Below are positions 41,334-52,382 of a DNA stretch of 64,000 nt, one piece after another. The DNA comes from Pseudomonadota bacterium. Its GTDB lineage: Bacteria; Pseudomonadota; Gammaproteobacteria; Xanthomonadales; Xanthomonadaceae. The translations under genes and the position numbers were made by a program. Position 1 is the first letter of the stretch. Every line of letters starts with the position of its first letter. Below the pieces are notes generated by a model, which saw only the letters and a program-made list of their open reading frames with translations, made no database searches and was not told where the DNA came from. The stretch is from positions 223,032 through 287,031 of the forward strand of contig JAFEBX010000004.1 of NCBI GenBank assembly GCA_018242425.1, written 5' to 3'.

Positions 41334-41788
41334 ATGCCTTGATGAATGCAGTACAGATGCAGGGTCGCAACGCGCAGGTGATGGGACCGCATTCGATCAG
41401 CGTCACTCGCACCTATGACGCAAAGCCTGACAAGGTCTTTCGCGCCTGGACCGATCCCGCAAGCATCAGCGCCTGGCTGACCAAGGGCGAATACGCCAGC
41501 GCGGATGTCCGTCCCGGTGGCCTGTTCTATCTCGAAATGCGCGGCCTGGAGAAGATCAACCCGCATTACGGCCGCTATCTCCGCGTCGATGGGCCGCACA
41601 CGCTCGAGCACACCTGGGTCAGCGAATGGACGCAGGGCAAGGAGTCGGTGGTGTTGATCGAACTCGTCGAACGCGACGGCAAGACCGAACTGACCCTGAC
41701 GCACGACGGCCTGCCGACAGAGGATCTCGCGCTCCAGCACGAACGCGGCTGGACCAGCTTCCTTGACCAGCTCGGGCCGCGCCTCTGA
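41330..41788 (+). CDS. SRPBCC/Aha1 domain protein
   Basis: KVFRAWTDP, DVRPGG, ELTLTH, GWTSFLDQL. Confidence 0.85.
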   Translation: MNALMNAVQMQGRNAQVMGPHSISVTRTYDAKPDKVFRAWTDPASISAWLTKGEYASADVRPGGLFYLEMRGLEKINPHYGRYLRVDGPHTLEHTWVSEWTQGKESVVLIELVERDGKTELTLTHDGLPTEDLALQHERGWTSFLDQLGPRL

Positions 41789-41808
41789 TCCGTAACCAAG
41801 GAGCACCC

Positions 41809-42555
41809 ATGAAACTGAAATCCATCGCCGCGACGGCAATGTTGTGGCTTGTCGGCGCATCCACCGCACATGCCGATGAAACACGGCTCACGCCGATGCC
41901 TTCGCAACTTGAAACCCGCTACGCATTGAGCGCATTGCCGCCTGCCCTGCGCGACGGCGCCACGGTCTGGCTGCTCGATCCGGCAAAAGGCTACCGGCTG
42001 TCGCGCAAGGGCACGAACGGCGTGGACTGCCTGGTCGAACGCACGGTCTGGGAATGGAAGGAACTGCGCGACGACGTCTTCGTTCCCATGTGCTACGACA
42101 AGGCCGGTAGCGGCACGCTGTTGAAGGTGATCATGGATGTCGCCACCATGCGCGCCGGCGGAAAGGACGCTGCAGCGATCAAGACCGAAGTGGAACGTCG
42201 CTATCGCGCGAAGGTCTACCACGCGCCATCAAAGACCGGCCTCTCCTACATGGTCGCGCCGTTGATGCGCGCCAAGGGCCCGCCCGACTTCGCGCTGCAC
42301 ACCATGGCGATGCCGCACCTGATGTTCTACGCACCAGGCGTGACGAATGCCGACATCGCGGCAAAACCGGACCTCGCCGATCCTTCCAGCTTGCAATGGC
42401 CCTTCGTCGACCAGCAGGGCAATGCCGCGCAAAGCTATTTCATCCAACTGGTCGGTGAAACCGAGAAAGCGAAGATCCTCGCCAACGAGAAGCAACTGGT
42501 CGATGACCTGTGCACATGGAACCGCGTGCTCTGCCTCGATCACGCGATGCACTGA
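41809..42555 (+). CDS. Secreted hypothetical protein
   Basis: AGGAG RBS, signal peptide ending AHA, host-like codon use; no family recognised. Confidence 0.7.
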   Translation: MKLKSIAATAMLWLVGASTAHADETRLTPMPSQLETRYALSALPPALRDGATVWLLDPAKGYRLSRKGTNGVDCLVERTVWEWKELRDDVFVPMCYDKAGSGTLLKVIMDVATMRAGGKDAAAIKTEVERRYRAKVYHAPSKTGLSYMVAPLMRAKGPPDFALHTMAMPHLMFYAPGVTNADIAAKPDLADPSSLQWPFVDQQGNAAQSYFIQLVGETEKAKILANEKQLVDDLCTWNRVLCLDHAMH

Positions 42556-42584
42556 ATCGCCATTGCCCGACAACATCGCGCAAC

Positions 42585-42614
42585 AAAAAACGCCGGGTTT
42601 CCCCGGCGTTTTTT
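42585..42614. terminator. Bidirectional intrinsic terminator
   Basis: A6-CGCCGGG-TTTC-CCCGGCG-T6 between convergent genes. Confidence 0.9.
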
Positions 42615-42637
42615 GTTTCAGCGCGAACCCCGGAAGA

Positions 42638-43621
42638 TCAGAGCAGGTGCGCCACGCCAGCGCGCTCTTCCTCGAGCTCGGCCAGCGTCTTGTTCATCGC
42701 GGCGCGGCTGAAATCGTCGATTTCCAGGCCTTCAACGCGGGTGTATTCGCCGTTCGCGGTGATCACCGGCACGCCGTAGATGATGCCTTCCGGGATGCCA
42801 TAGGAACCGTCGGACGGAACACCCATCGTCACCCATTCGCCGTTGCTGCCCAGTGCCCAGTCGTGCATGTGGTCGATCGCCGCGTTGGCAGCCGACGCCG
42901 CCGACGACAGGCCGCGCGCCTCGATGATCGCCGCGCCACGCTTGCCGACGGTCGGGATGAACGTGTTCGCGTTCCAGTCCTGGTCGTTGATCATGTCCTT
43001 CAGCGACTTGCCGTCGACGGTCGCGAAGCGATAGTCCGGGTACATCGTCGGGCTGTGGTTGCCCCACACCGTCAGCTTCTTGATGTCGGCGACGGCGACG
43101 TTCGCCTTGATCGCCAGCTGCGACAGCGCGCGGTTGTGGTCGAGGCGCAGCATCGCGGTGAAGTTCTTCGCCGGCAGGTCCGGCGCCGACTTCATGGCGA
43201 TGTAGGCATTGGTGTTGGCCGGGTTGCCGACCACCAGCACCTTGACGTTGCGGCTGGCGACCTTGTTCAGTGCCTTGCCCTGCACCGTGAAGATCTCGGC
43301 GTTCTTCAGCAGCAGGTCCTTGCGCTCCATGCCCGGACCGCGCGGCATCGCGCCGACCAGCAGCGCGTAGTCGGCGTCCTTGAACGCGACTTCCGGATCG
43401 GACGTGCCGACCATGCCAGCCAGCAGCGGGAACGCGCAATCTTCCAGCTCCATCATCACGCCCTTCAGCGCAGCCTGCGCCTTGTCGAGCGGCAGCTCGA
43501 GCATCTGCAGGATGACCGGCTGGTCCTTGCCGAGCATTTCGCCGGAAGCGATGCGGAACAGCAGGGCGTAGCCGATCTGGCCAGCGGCGCCGGTAACGGC
43601 AACGCGAACGGGTGCTTTCAT
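42638..43621 (-). CDS. mdh: Malate dehydrogenase
   Basis: [32 protein letters not shown]-like WGNHS motif. Confidence 0.97.
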   Translation of the reverse strand: MKAPVRVAVTGAAGQIGYALLFRIASGEMLGKDQPVILQMLELPLDKAQAALKGVMMELEDCAFPLLAGMVGTSDPEVAFKDADYALLVGAMPRGPGMERKDLLLKNAEIFTVQGKALNKVASRNVKVLVVGNPANTNAYIAMKSAPDLPAKNFTAMLRLDHNRALSQLAIKANVAVADIKKLTVWGNHSPTMYPDYRFATVDGKSLKDMINDQDWNANTFIPTVGKRGAAIIEARGLSSAASAANAAIDHMHDWALGSNGEWVTMGVPSDGSYGIPEGIIYGVPVITANGEYTRVEGLEIDDFSRAAMNKTLAELEEERAGVAHLL

Positions 43622-43684
43622 GACGTGGACTCCTGGGTGTTGAAGCGGGATGCAGTCATCCCGCGAAAGACTGTTTCGGAAGGA

Positions 43685-44884
43685 TCAGGACAATTCCGCG
43701 AAGAATTCCTGGAAGCGCTGCAGGCCGGGCGCCAGCTGCGGCGTCGGGCAGGTATAACTGATGCGCAGCGCGCGCGGCTCGCCGAAGGCCGAGCCCGGCA
43801 CGCAGGCCACGCCCTTGGCTTCGAGCAACGCATTGCACAGATCAATGTCGTTGGCGATCACCTTGCCGCCGTGCGACTTGCCGAAGTAGGCGCTGACGTC
43901 CGGGAACACGTAGAACGCACCCTGCGGACGCGGGCAGACGATGCCGGGAATCGCGTTCATCACCGCCATCACCTGGTCGCGCTTGGCCTGGAATTCCGCG
44001 CATTTTTCGTTCGGAACGTCCTGGGGGCCGCTGAGCGCGGCAATCGCCGCGGCGGTGGTCACTTCCGGCAGGTTGGTGATGTGGTTGGAATTCATCGTCA
44101 CCACGGCCTTCGCGACCACTTCCGGACCGGCCATGAAGCCGACGCGCCAACCGGGCATGCCGTAGGTCTTGGACAGCGAATCGATGAAGATCACGCGATC
44201 CTTGAGTTCCGGGCGCGCCTGCACGAAGTTGTGGTAGCCGATGCCGTCGAACACCATGCGGTTGTAGATGTCGTCGGTGATCACCCAGGTGTCCGGGTGC
44301 TTCACGATCACGTCGGCGAGCGCGGAAATCTCGTCCTTCGTGTAGACCATGCCGGTCGGGTTGTTCGGATTGTTGAACAGGAACACGCGCGGCTTCTTCG
44401 CCAGCGCGGCGTCGAGCTGGGCTGGCGTCAGCTTGTAGTGCTGCGAAGCCGGGCACGGCAACAGGTCGATCTTCGCGTTGACGATGTCGGCGATGTCGAG
44501 GTAGCTGGTCCAGTACGGCACCGCGAACGCGATGGTGTCGCCTTCGTCGAGCAGCGCTTCGGCGAGGTTGTAGATCACGTGCTTGGCGCCGATGCCGGTG
44601 GCGCAGTTGGCCGCGGTGTAACCGGTCAGGCCGACCTGTTCGATGTGCTTGAGGAATGCGGCGATCAGTGCATCGGAACCGCGGTTACTGCCGTACTGGC
44701 CGCTGTCGTGCGACAGCGCGTCGCGCGCGGCGTCATACACATGCTGGCCCGGCAGGAAGTTGGGAACACCGATCGAGAAACTGATGATGTCGCGACCGGC
44801 GGCTTTCAGCGCCTTGGCTTTCTCGGCCACCTGCATGATGGCACTGGGCTTGGCGCGGCCGATGCGCTGGGACAGTTGAGGCAT
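43685..44884 (-). CDS. Class I/II PLP-dependent aminotransferase (AspC-like)
   Basis: NNPNNPTG, DDIY, SLSKTYGMPGWRVG; start placed at ATG 44884 after GGAG. Confidence 0.9.
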   Translation of the reverse strand: MPQLSQRIGRAKPSAIMQVAEKAKALKAAGRDIISFSIGVPNFLPGQHVYDAARDALSHDSGQYGSNRGSDALIAAFLKHIEQVGLTGYTAANCATGIGAKHVIYNLAEALLDEGDTIAFAVPYWTSYLDIADIVNAKIDLLPCPASQHYKLTPAQLDAALAKKPRVFLFNNPNNPTGMVYTKDEISALADVIVKHPDTWVITDDIYNRMVFDGIGYHNFVQARPELKDRVIFIDSLSKTYGMPGWRVGFMAGPEVVAKAVVTMNSNHITNLPEVTTAAAIAALSGPQDVPNEKCAEFQAKRDQVMAVMNAIPGIVCPRPQGAFYVFPDVSAYFGKSHGGKVIANDIDLCNALLEAKGVACVPGSAFGEPRALRISYTCPTPQLAPGLQRFQEFFAELS

Positions 44885-45037
44885 TGGAACGGTCTCCGGA
44901 TTCACCTGTCGGGAAGGCGGAATTTCCGCCTTCGGAAGCCGAAAATATTAGCACAGCTGCCGCACCGCAGCATTACTCAAACCCATATGGAACAAGGGCT
45001 GCGGTCGCGCACGGAAGCTCGGCGCACGCGCGCGGAA

Positions 45038-45140
45038 GTGGGTCGCTGCTCCGATGCGCGGGCATTGCGCCGCATGGATGCGGCGCATGAGCCTACATGG
45101 ACGTATTCACGGCGTCCCGCGCAGCGGAGTGGCGACCCAC
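45038..45140. repeat. REP/MITE-like palindromic element, copy 2
   Basis: 25-bp imperfect terminal inverted repeats (22/25), inner TGCGCCGCAT-GG-ATGCGGCGCA palindrome, CATGGACGTATTCACGGCGT segment shared with copy 1. Confidence 0.65.
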
Positions 45141-45165
45141 GCCACCAGCGCGTGCCGCGAGAACG

Positions 45166-45660
45166 TCAAGCCGCCAGCGTCTTGTTCCACTCCGCCACGC
45201 GATCGGCCTTGGCGGCGAGTGCAGCGTCGGCATCGCCTTCGATGCGGATCGACTTGATGGTGTCGCCCTGCTTCACCGCGTCGACCACGTCGAGGCCTTC
45301 CAGCACCTTGCCGAACACCGTGTGCTTGCCGTCCAGCCAGTCGGTCTTGATGTGGGTGATGAAGAACTGGCTGCCGTTGGTGTTCGGGCCGGCATTCGCC
45401 ATCGAGATCACGCCGCGCTCGTGGCGCACGCCGTTGCCGGTCTCGTCCTCGAAGCGATAGCCCGGGCCGCCGGTGCCGGTGCCGAGCGGGCAGCCGCCCT
45501 GGATCATGAAATCGTTGATGACGCGGTGGAAGTTCAGCCCGTCGTAGAAGCCGCGCTTGGACAGGTTGACGAAGTTGGCGACGGTCAGCGGCGCCTTGTC
45601 GGCGTACAGCTCGAGCTTGATCGGGCCGCGGTCGGTGTCGAGGGTGGCGGTCAGGGACAT
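45166..45660 (-). CDS. Cyclophilin-type peptidyl-prolyl isomerase
   Basis: [36 protein letters not shown]; start at ATG 45660. Confidence 0.95.
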   Translation of the reverse strand: MSLTATLDTDRGPIKLELYADKAPLTVANFVNLSKRGFYDGLNFHRVINDFMIQGGCPLGTGTGGPGYRFEDETGNGVRHERGVISMANAGPNTNGSQFFITHIKTDWLDGKHTVFGKVLEGLDVVDAVKQGDTIKSIRIEGDADAALAAKADRVAEWNKTLAA

Positions 45661-45808
45661 GGACAACTCCTGTGGGTAATGTGGATATCGTACCGACATG
45701 GCGACGGCCCGGCGCCGGATCAAGGCCGGCCCAAGCGTACGGGGGCGGCACGGGTTATAATGATCGGCTCACTTTCCTGCCCCGGTCGCCCTGCGCGGCC
45801 CTGTCCGC

Positions 45809-47638
45809 ATGTCCATCCAGAATCTCCGCAACATCGCCATCGTCGCCCACGTCGACCACGGCAAGACCACCCTCGTCGATTGCCTGCTGAAGCAGTCCGG
45901 CACCCTGAACGAGCGCACCGTGCTTGCCGAGCGCGCCATGGACAGCAATGACCAGGAAAAGGAACGCGGCATCACCATCCTGGCCAAGAACACCGCCATC
46001 AACTGGCAGGGCAACCACATCAACATCGTCGACACCCCCGGACACGCCGACTTCGGCGGTGAAGTGGAGCGCGTGCTGTCGATGGTCGATTCGGTGCTGA
46101 TCCTGGTCGACGCGATGGACGGCCCGATGCCGCAGACGCGCTTCGTCACCCAGAAGGCCTTCGCGATGGGCTTCAAGCCGATCGTGGTGGTCAACAAGGT
46201 CGACCGTCCTGGCGCGCGCCCGGACTGGGTGATCGACCAGGTGTTCGACCTGTTCGACAAGCTCGGCGCCACCAACGAACAGCTCGATTTCCCGATCGTC
46301 TACGCCTCGGCGCTGCACGGTTACGCCAGCCTCGACGACACGGCGCGCGAAGGCGACATGACGCCGCTGTACGAAGCGATCATGCAGCACGTCGCGCCGC
46401 CGCAGGTCGATCCCGACGGTCCGTTCCAGATGCGCATCAGCCAGCTGGACTACAACAACTTCGTCGGCCTGATCGGCATCGGCCGCATCCAGCGCGGCAA
46501 GGTCAAGAAGAACATGCCGGTCAGCGTGGTCGACCGCGAAGGCAAGAAGCGCCAGGGCAAGATCGTGCAGGTGCTGGGCTTCCTCGGCCTGGAACGCATC
46601 GAAACCGATGAAGCCGAAGCCGGCGACATCGTCGCGATCGCGGGCATCACCGACCTCTCGATCTCCGACACCGTGTGCGCGCTCGACGCCCCGGAAGCGC
46701 TGCCGGCGCTCACCGTCGACGAACCGACCATCAGCATGACCTTCCAGGTGAACGATTCGCCGTTCGCCGGCAGCAAGGACCTCAGCGGCGGCAAGTTCCT
46801 GACCAGCCGCCAGCTGCGCGAGCGCCTCGAGCGCGAAACGCTGCACAACGTGGCGCTGAAGGTCGAGGAAGGTTCCGATGCAGACAAGTTCCTGGTGTCC
46901 GGCCGCGGCGAATTGCACCTGTCGGTGCTGATCGAAACCATGCGTCGCGAAGGCTACGAGCTCGCAGTGTCGCGCCCGGAAGTCATCATCAAGGAAATCG
47001 ACGGCCAGCTGATGGAGCCTGTCGAGCAACTGGTGGTCGACGTCGAGGAAATCCACCAGGGCGGCGTCATGGAAAAGCTCGGCATCCGCAAGGGCCAGCT
47101 CAAGAACATGGAACCCGACGGCAAGGGTCGCGTGCGCCTGGACTACATGATCCCGGCGCGTGGCCTGATCGGTTTCCAGAACGAGTTCCGCACCCTGACC
47201 CAGGGTTCGGGCCTGTTGTTCCACGTATTCGACCATTACGGCCCGAAGGAAACCGGCGCGATTGCAAAGCGCCAGAATGGCGTGATGATCGCCAATGCCG
47301 CGGGCTCGACCCCGGCGTATTCGCTCGGCCCGCTGCAGGAACGCGGCCGCCTGTTCGCCGCCGAAGGCGACCAGGTGTACGAAGGCCAGCTGGTCGGCAT
47401 CCATTCCAAGGACAATGACCTGACCGTCAACGCGATCAAGCCGAAGCCGCTGACCAACATGCGCGCATCGGGCAAGGACGACGCGATCAAGCTGACCCCG
47501 GCGATCAAGTATTCGCTGGAACAGGCGCTGGACTTCATCGAGGACGACGAGCTGGTCGAAGTCACCCCGAAGGAAATCCGCCTGCGCAAGAAGTTCCTCA
47601 CCGAAACCGATCGCAAGCGCGCCAGCCGCGCGGCCTGA
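45809..47638 (+). CDS. typA: Translational GTPase TypA/BipA
   Basis: [33 protein letters not shown]. Confidence 0.97.
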   Translation: MSIQNLRNIAIVAHVDHGKTTLVDCLLKQSGTLNERTVLAERAMDSNDQEKERGITILAKNTAINWQGNHINIVDTPGHADFGGEVERVLSMVDSVLILVDAMDGPMPQTRFVTQKAFAMGFKPIVVVNKVDRPGARPDWVIDQVFDLFDKLGATNEQLDFPIVYASALHGYASLDDTAREGDMTPLYEAIMQHVAPPQVDPDGPFQMRISQLDYNNFVGLIGIGRIQRGKVKKNMPVSVVDREGKKRQGKIVQVLGFLGLERIETDEAEAGDIVAIAGITDLSISDTVCALDAPEALPALTVDEPTISMTFQVNDSPFAGSKDLSGGKFLTSRQLRERLERETLHNVALKVEEGSDADKFLVSGRGELHLSVLIETMRREGYELAVSRPEVIIKEIDGQLMEPVEQLVVDVEEIHQGGVMEKLGIRKGQLKNMEPDGKGRVRLDYMIPARGLIGFQNEFRTLTQGSGLLFHVFDHYGPKETGAIAKRQNGVMIANAAGSTPAYSLGPLQERGRLFAAEGDQVYEGQLVGIHSKDNDLTVNAIKPKPLTNMRASGKDDAIKLTPAIKYSLEQALDFIEDDELVEVTPKEIRLRKKFLTETDRKRASRAA

Positions 47639-47822
47639 GTCGAATGCAGCGGAAGCACGGATCCGCAACATTCGGGTGGTACAAACAAGGAAGGACCGCT
47701 GTTTCCGGCGGTCCGTGCGCAGACCGCGATGACAGGGGTGACGATCCACCCTTGCCATCCGCCGGCGCTGGCCCCATCGTTTCCACATCGCCACGCCACA
47801 TCCGGCCACCCGACACCCACCG

Positions 47823-48347
47823 ATGCATCTTCCGAAACGCGATCCGTCACTGGACGACGCGCCTTACAACCCGGACCCCAGGGCGCATCCCGGCCTCCAC
47901 GTGATCGCGCTGTTCGAGGCGGTCAAGGGTTTTCTCGCGCTGATCGCTGCCAGCGGTCTCGCCATCACCGGCCCCGATCCGGTGCGTCATTTCGTGTGGA
48001 CGCTGATCCGCCGCTTCAACCTCGATCCGCGCCACGGCATCGCCGCCTGGGCCGACCAACTGGTGAGCCCGACCGGCGTGCACATCGCGGTCGCAGTCGT
48101 GTTCAGTTACGGCCTGCTGCATATCGCCGAAGGCTGGGGCCTGTGGCGCGACAGGGCCTGGGCATCATGGCTGGGCTGTGTCGGCGTGGCGGCCTACCTG
48201 CCCTTCGATCTCTATGCCCTCTATCACCATCCGCTGCACTGGTTGGCCTGGGGCGTGGTCGCCATCAATCTGCTGATCCTCTATGTCCTCGCCCGCGACC
48301 TGATCAAGCGCCACCGGCATCCACCGGTCGCCCAGCCCGCGGATTGA
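47823..48347 (+). CDS. DUF2127 membrane protein
   Basis: IALFEAVKG, EGWGLWRDRAWASW, YLPFDLY. Confidence 0.8.
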   Translation: MHLPKRDPSLDDAPYNPDPRAHPGLHVIALFEAVKGFLALIAASGLAITGPDPVRHFVWTLIRRFNLDPRHGIAAWADQLVSPTGVHIAVAVVFSYGLLHIAEGWGLWRDRAWASWLGCVGVAAYLPFDLYALYHHPLHWLAWGVVAINLLILYVLARDLIKRHRHPPVAQPAD

Positions 48348-48396
48348 CGCCAGCGCATCGCGCTATGCTCGCGGCTCCTTGTCCGGAGCCATCGCG

Positions 48397-49980
48397 ATGC
48401 GCAGCCCGCCCCTCACGCTACTGTCGCTCCTGCTTGCGCCGATGCTCGCCGTCGCCGCACAACCGAAACCCGCGTTCGACGTCAGCGAAGCCAGTGTCGG
48501 CGAACTGCAGGCGCGCATGCGCGAGGGCAAGCTCGACAGCCAGGCGCTGACGCGCGCCTACCTGCAGCGGATCGCCCGCATCGACAAGGCCGGCCCGAAG
48601 CTCAACAGCATCATCGAGCTCAACCCCGATGCACTGAAGGAAGCCGCCGCGCTCGATCGCGAGCGCCGCGCCGGTCACGTACGCGGACCGCTGCATGGCA
48701 TCCCGGTGCTGCTCAAGGACAACATCGATGCCGTGGGCATGGCGAATTCCGCCGGCTCGCTGGCACTGGCCGACAACCGTCCTTCCGTCGACGCACCGAT
48801 GGTCGCCCGGCTCCGTGCCGCCGGCGCGGTGATTCTCGGCAAGACCAATCTCAGCGAATGGGCCAACTTCCGCTCGGCGCATGCGTCGTCGGGCTGGAGC
48901 GGACGCGGCGGCCAAACGAAGAACCCCTATGTACTGGATCGCAATCCCTGCGGATCGAGCGCCGGCACCGGCAGCGCGATCGCGGCCAACCTTGCGACCG
49001 TCGGCATCGGTACCGAAACCGATGGCAGCATCCTCTGCCCCGCCAGCATGGCCGGACTGGTCGGACTCAAGCCGACACTGGGATTGGTGAGCCGCAGCGG
49101 CATCATCCCGATCGCGCATTCGCAGGACACCGCGGGACCGATGGCGCGCAGCGTCGCCGATGCCGCCGCATTGCTCACCGCGATGGCCGGCAGCGATCCC
49201 CGCGACGTCGCAACGAAAGAGGCCGACGCGCATCGCCACGATTACACGGCCGATCTGCACGCAAACGGCTTGAAGGGCAAGCGCATCGGCGTCGTGCGCA
49301 AGCTCGGCGGCATGGAACCGAACGCGGATCGCGCGCTGGACGCTGCGATCGCGACGTTGCGCGCGCAAGGCGCGATCGTGGTCGATCCGGTCGAGGTGCC
49401 CAACCTCGACACGCTGGGCGACGCCGAGATGACGCTGATGCTTTACGAGTTCAAGCACGATCTCGCCGCTTACCTTCGCGAGAGCAATGCCAAGCCGAAA
49501 ACGCTGGCCGCGCTGATCGACTGGAACAAGGCGCATGCGGATCGCGAGATGCAATGGTTCGGCCAGGACCTGTTCGAGAGGGCGAATGCAATGGGCGGAC
49601 TCGACGAGCGCAAATATCTCGACGCGCTGGCGAAGGCGAAGCGCCTGTCCGGCCCCGAAGGCATTGATGTGCCGCTGCAGAAAGAACATCTCGATGCATT
49701 GATCGCACCGAGCTGGGGGCCTGCCTTCCCGACCGATCCGATCCTCGGCGACCACATCGTCAGCGGCGATCCGACCATCGGCGGCGTTTCGCAATTGCCG
49801 GCAATGGCCGGTTATCCCTCGATCACCGTGCCTGCCGGCTTCGCCCATGAATTGCCGGTCGGAATCATGTTCATCGGCACTGCGTGGAGCGAACCGGTGT
49901 TGCTCGACATCGCCTATGGCTACGAACAGGCGACGCGCGCGCGCAAGCCACCAACGTTCATCCCGACGATCGCGCCTTGA
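48397..49980 (+). CDS. Secreted amidase signature family enzyme
   Basis: Signal peptide, GIPVLLKDNI, GKTNLSEW, GSSAGTG, ETDGSI; start at ATG 48397. Confidence 0.92.
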   Translation: MRSPPLTLLSLLLAPMLAVAAQPKPAFDVSEASVGELQARMREGKLDSQALTRAYLQRIARIDKAGPKLNSIIELNPDALKEAAALDRERRAGHVRGPLHGIPVLLKDNIDAVGMANSAGSLALADNRPSVDAPMVARLRAAGAVILGKTNLSEWANFRSAHASSGWSGRGGQTKNPYVLDRNPCGSSAGTGSAIAANLATVGIGTETDGSILCPASMAGLVGLKPTLGLVSRSGIIPIAHSQDTAGPMARSVADAAALLTAMAGSDPRDVATKEADAHRHDYTADLHANGLKGKRIGVVRKLGGMEPNADRALDAAIATLRAQGAIVVDPVEVPNLDTLGDAEMTLMLYEFKHDLAAYLRESNAKPKTLAALIDWNKAHADREMQWFGQDLFERANAMGGLDERKYLDALAKAKRLSGPEGIDVPLQKEHLDALIAPSWGPAFPTDPILGDHIVSGDPTIGGVSQLPAMAGYPSITVPAGFAHELPVGIMFIGTAWSEPVLLDIAYGYEQATRARKPPTFIPTIAP

Positions 49981-49983
49981 CGA

Positions 49984-50982
49984 TCAGCGCCCAGGCAAAA
50001 CGATTTTCGCAAGCGCGCCCTTCGCGCCACTGAGCCACGCGGCATTCCCGCGGATCGACACCGCGTCGAAACTGGCATCGGAAATCGCCGTCCAGCGCTT
50101 GCCGTCCCAGGCATCGACGCCGGAAGGCCCGACCACGATGCAGATGCGACCGGTGCAGGCGACGCCGGAACGATAGCCGCGCGGTGCGGTATCGATCTCC
50201 ATCGCCTTCGCATTCAATGCCTTGAGCGTCGCTGCATTGCCCGGCGATTTCTCTGCCGTGTATTCGCCACCGACCACGAATGCGCCACCGTGCCACGCCG
50301 CAACCGAGAACGCGCCCGCCGCGGGCTTGCCGCGCGCCATCCCGGTATCGAGCGCCTGCCAGTCGTGTTCGCCATCGCGCAGCAGGTGCAGGCGCGACGC
50401 CGCGCCACCACTTACCACCGCGATCGCACCCTTCAATCGCGCGATGCACGTGCCGCTGGCCGCGAATGCCGCTTCGTCCTTCAGCGCCGGCGGACCGTTG
50501 TCGTCCAGCGTCCAATGTTCGCCGCGATCGTGCGTCGTGTAGAGCTGGTAGCGATCGCCCACCGGATCACCGAGCAACCAGCCTCGTGCACCGTCGAATG
50601 CCATGCAGTCGAAAAACGCTTTCTCGTTGCTCGTATCCAGCGTTTGCGTCCAGGTCGCGCCACCATCGCGGGTGCGGAACACGCGTGATTGAACGCCCGG
50701 ACCCGCAGCCATGATCACCGCGTTGCTAGCGTCGAAACCCTCGACGTCGCGGAAGTCGAGCTTGTCGGCATCAGGCACCATCATGCGCTGCCAGTGCGCG
50801 CCGCCATCGATCGTGCGCAACACCGTGCCCTTGCTGCCGCTGGCCCACGCGACCTTGGCATCAACCGCCGACACCCCGCGCAGGCGCGCATCGACGCCGC
50901 TTTGCAGCGTTTCGACGCGCAGGACACCCGCTTGCGCAGCAAACGGGAGCGACAACAGCAGGCCAACCAGCGCGCGACGCAT
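49984..50982 (-). CDS. Secreted BNR/YCF48-like beta-propeller protein
   Basis: Signal peptide, repeated RTxDGGxxW Asp-boxes; start at ATG 50982. Confidence 0.8.
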   Translation of the reverse strand: MRRALVGLLLSLPFAAQAGVLRVETLQSGVDARLRGVSAVDAKVAWASGSKGTVLRTIDGGAHWQRMMVPDADKLDFRDVEGFDASNAVIMAAGPGVQSRVFRTRDGGATWTQTLDTSNEKAFFDCMAFDGARGWLLGDPVGDRYQLYTTHDRGEHWTLDDNGPPALKDEAAFAASGTCIARLKGAIAVVSGGAASRLHLLRDGEHDWQALDTGMARGKPAAGAFSVAAWHGGAFVVGGEYTAEKSPGNAATLKALNAKAMEIDTAPRGYRSGVACTGRICIVVGPSGVDAWDGKRWTAISDASFDAVSIRGNAAWLSGAKGALAKIVLPGR

Positions 50983-50987
50983 GGCGG

Positions 50988-52382
50988 TCAGGCCTTCGTC
51001 GTGCGCAACTGGGTCGACTTGCGCACGATGCACATCGCCGCTTCCAGCGACTGCTCGTAGTTCAGGCGCGGATCGACGGTGGAACGGTATGCGCGCTGCA
51101 GGTCGGCATCGGTCAGTTCGCGCGCGCCACCGGTGCATTCGGTGACGTCTTCGCCGGTCAGCTCGAGGTGGATGCCGCCGAGGCGCGTGCCGCTGGCGCG
51201 GTGCATGTCGAAGGCGTGCTCGATTTCCTGGCGGATGTTCTCGAAACGCCGGGTCTTGTAGCCACTTGCCGCATTCTCGGTGTTGCCGTGCATCGGATCG
51301 CAAACCCACAGCACGCGACGGCCCTCGCGACGCACTGCGTCGAGCAGCGGTGGCAACGCCTGCGCGATCTTGCCGGCGCCCATGCGGTGGATCAGCGTCA
51401 GGTGGCCAGGCTCATCGGAAGGATTGAGCACGTCAATCAGGCGCAGCAACTCGTCGGGCTTCACGCTCGGACCGACCTTCACCGCGATCGGGTTGCGCAG
51501 TCCACGCATGTACTCGGTGTGCGCGCCATCCAGCGCCGCCGTGCGCATGCCGATCCACGGGTAATGCGTGGCCAGGTTGAACCAGCCCCACTGGCGCGGC
51601 ACCTGGCGCGTCTGCGCCGCTTCGTACGGCAGCAGCAAGGCTTCGTGCGAGGTGAAGAAATCGACGCGATTGAGATTGCCGACTGGTCCGCCCGACAACG
51701 TTTCCATGAATTGCACGGCATCGCCGACCGCCTGCACCATGCGCTGGTAATCCTCGGCGAGCGGCGAATGCCCGACCCAGCCGAGGTTCCAATATTCGAG
51801 GTGATGGACGTCGGCGAAGCCGCCGTCGATCAGCGCGCGGGTGAAATTCATCGTCATCGCCGAACGCGCATGCGCCTTGATCATCCGCCGCGGATCGGGG
51901 ATGCGCGCTTCGGGGGTGAAGTCGGGCGAATTGATGATGTCGCCGCGATAGCTCGGCAATTCCACGCCATCGCGCACTTCGCTGTCGGACGAACGCGGCT
52001 TGGCGTACTGCCCGGCAAAACGCCCGACGCGCACCACCGGCATGCGCAGGCCATGCACCAGCACCAGGCTCATCTGCAGCAACACCTTGAGGCGGTTGCT
52101 GATCAGGTTGGAATCGCACTCGTCGAAATTCTCGGCGCAATCGCCGCCCTGCAGCAGGAAGCGCTTGCCCTCCTGCGCTTCGGCGAGCTGGCGCTTGAGT
52201 TCGATGATTTCCCACGAAGTCACCAGCGGCGGCAGGTTGCCGAGCTCACGCGTGGCCTTGTCCAGCGCTTCTGCATCCGGATACGTCGGCTGCTGCATCG
52301 CTTCGCGAGACTGCCAGCTCCACGGATTCCAGTCCTGCGCTTCCCGCACCGGCTGCACCTGTTGTTTGTGTCTGCTACTCAT
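50988..52382 (-). CDS. Class II DAHP synthase
   Basis: LLQGGDCAE, RFAGQYAKPRS, WIGMRT, CDPMHGNT, DPRLN; start at ATG 52382. Confidence 0.95.
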   Translation of the reverse strand: MSSRHKQQVQPVREAQDWNPWSWQSREAMQQPTYPDAEALDKATRELGNLPPLVTSWEIIELKRQLAEAQEGKRFLLQGGDCAENFDECDSNLISNRLKVLLQMSLVLVHGLRMPVVRVGRFAGQYAKPRSSDSEVRDGVELPSYRGDIINSPDFTPEARIPDPRRMIKAHARSAMTMNFTRALIDGGFADVHHLEYWNLGWVGHSPLAEDYQRMVQAVGDAVQFMETLSGGPVGNLNRVDFFTSHEALLLPYEAAQTRQVPRQWGWFNLATHYPWIGMRTAALDGAHTEYMRGLRNPIAVKVGPSVKPDELLRLIDVLNPSDEPGHLTLIHRMGAGKIAQALPPLLDAVRREGRRVLWVCDPMHGNTENAASGYKTRRFENIRQEIEHAFDMHRASGTRLGGIHLELTGEDVTECTGGARELTDADLQRAYRSTVDPRLNYEQSLEAAMCIVRKSTQLRTTKA

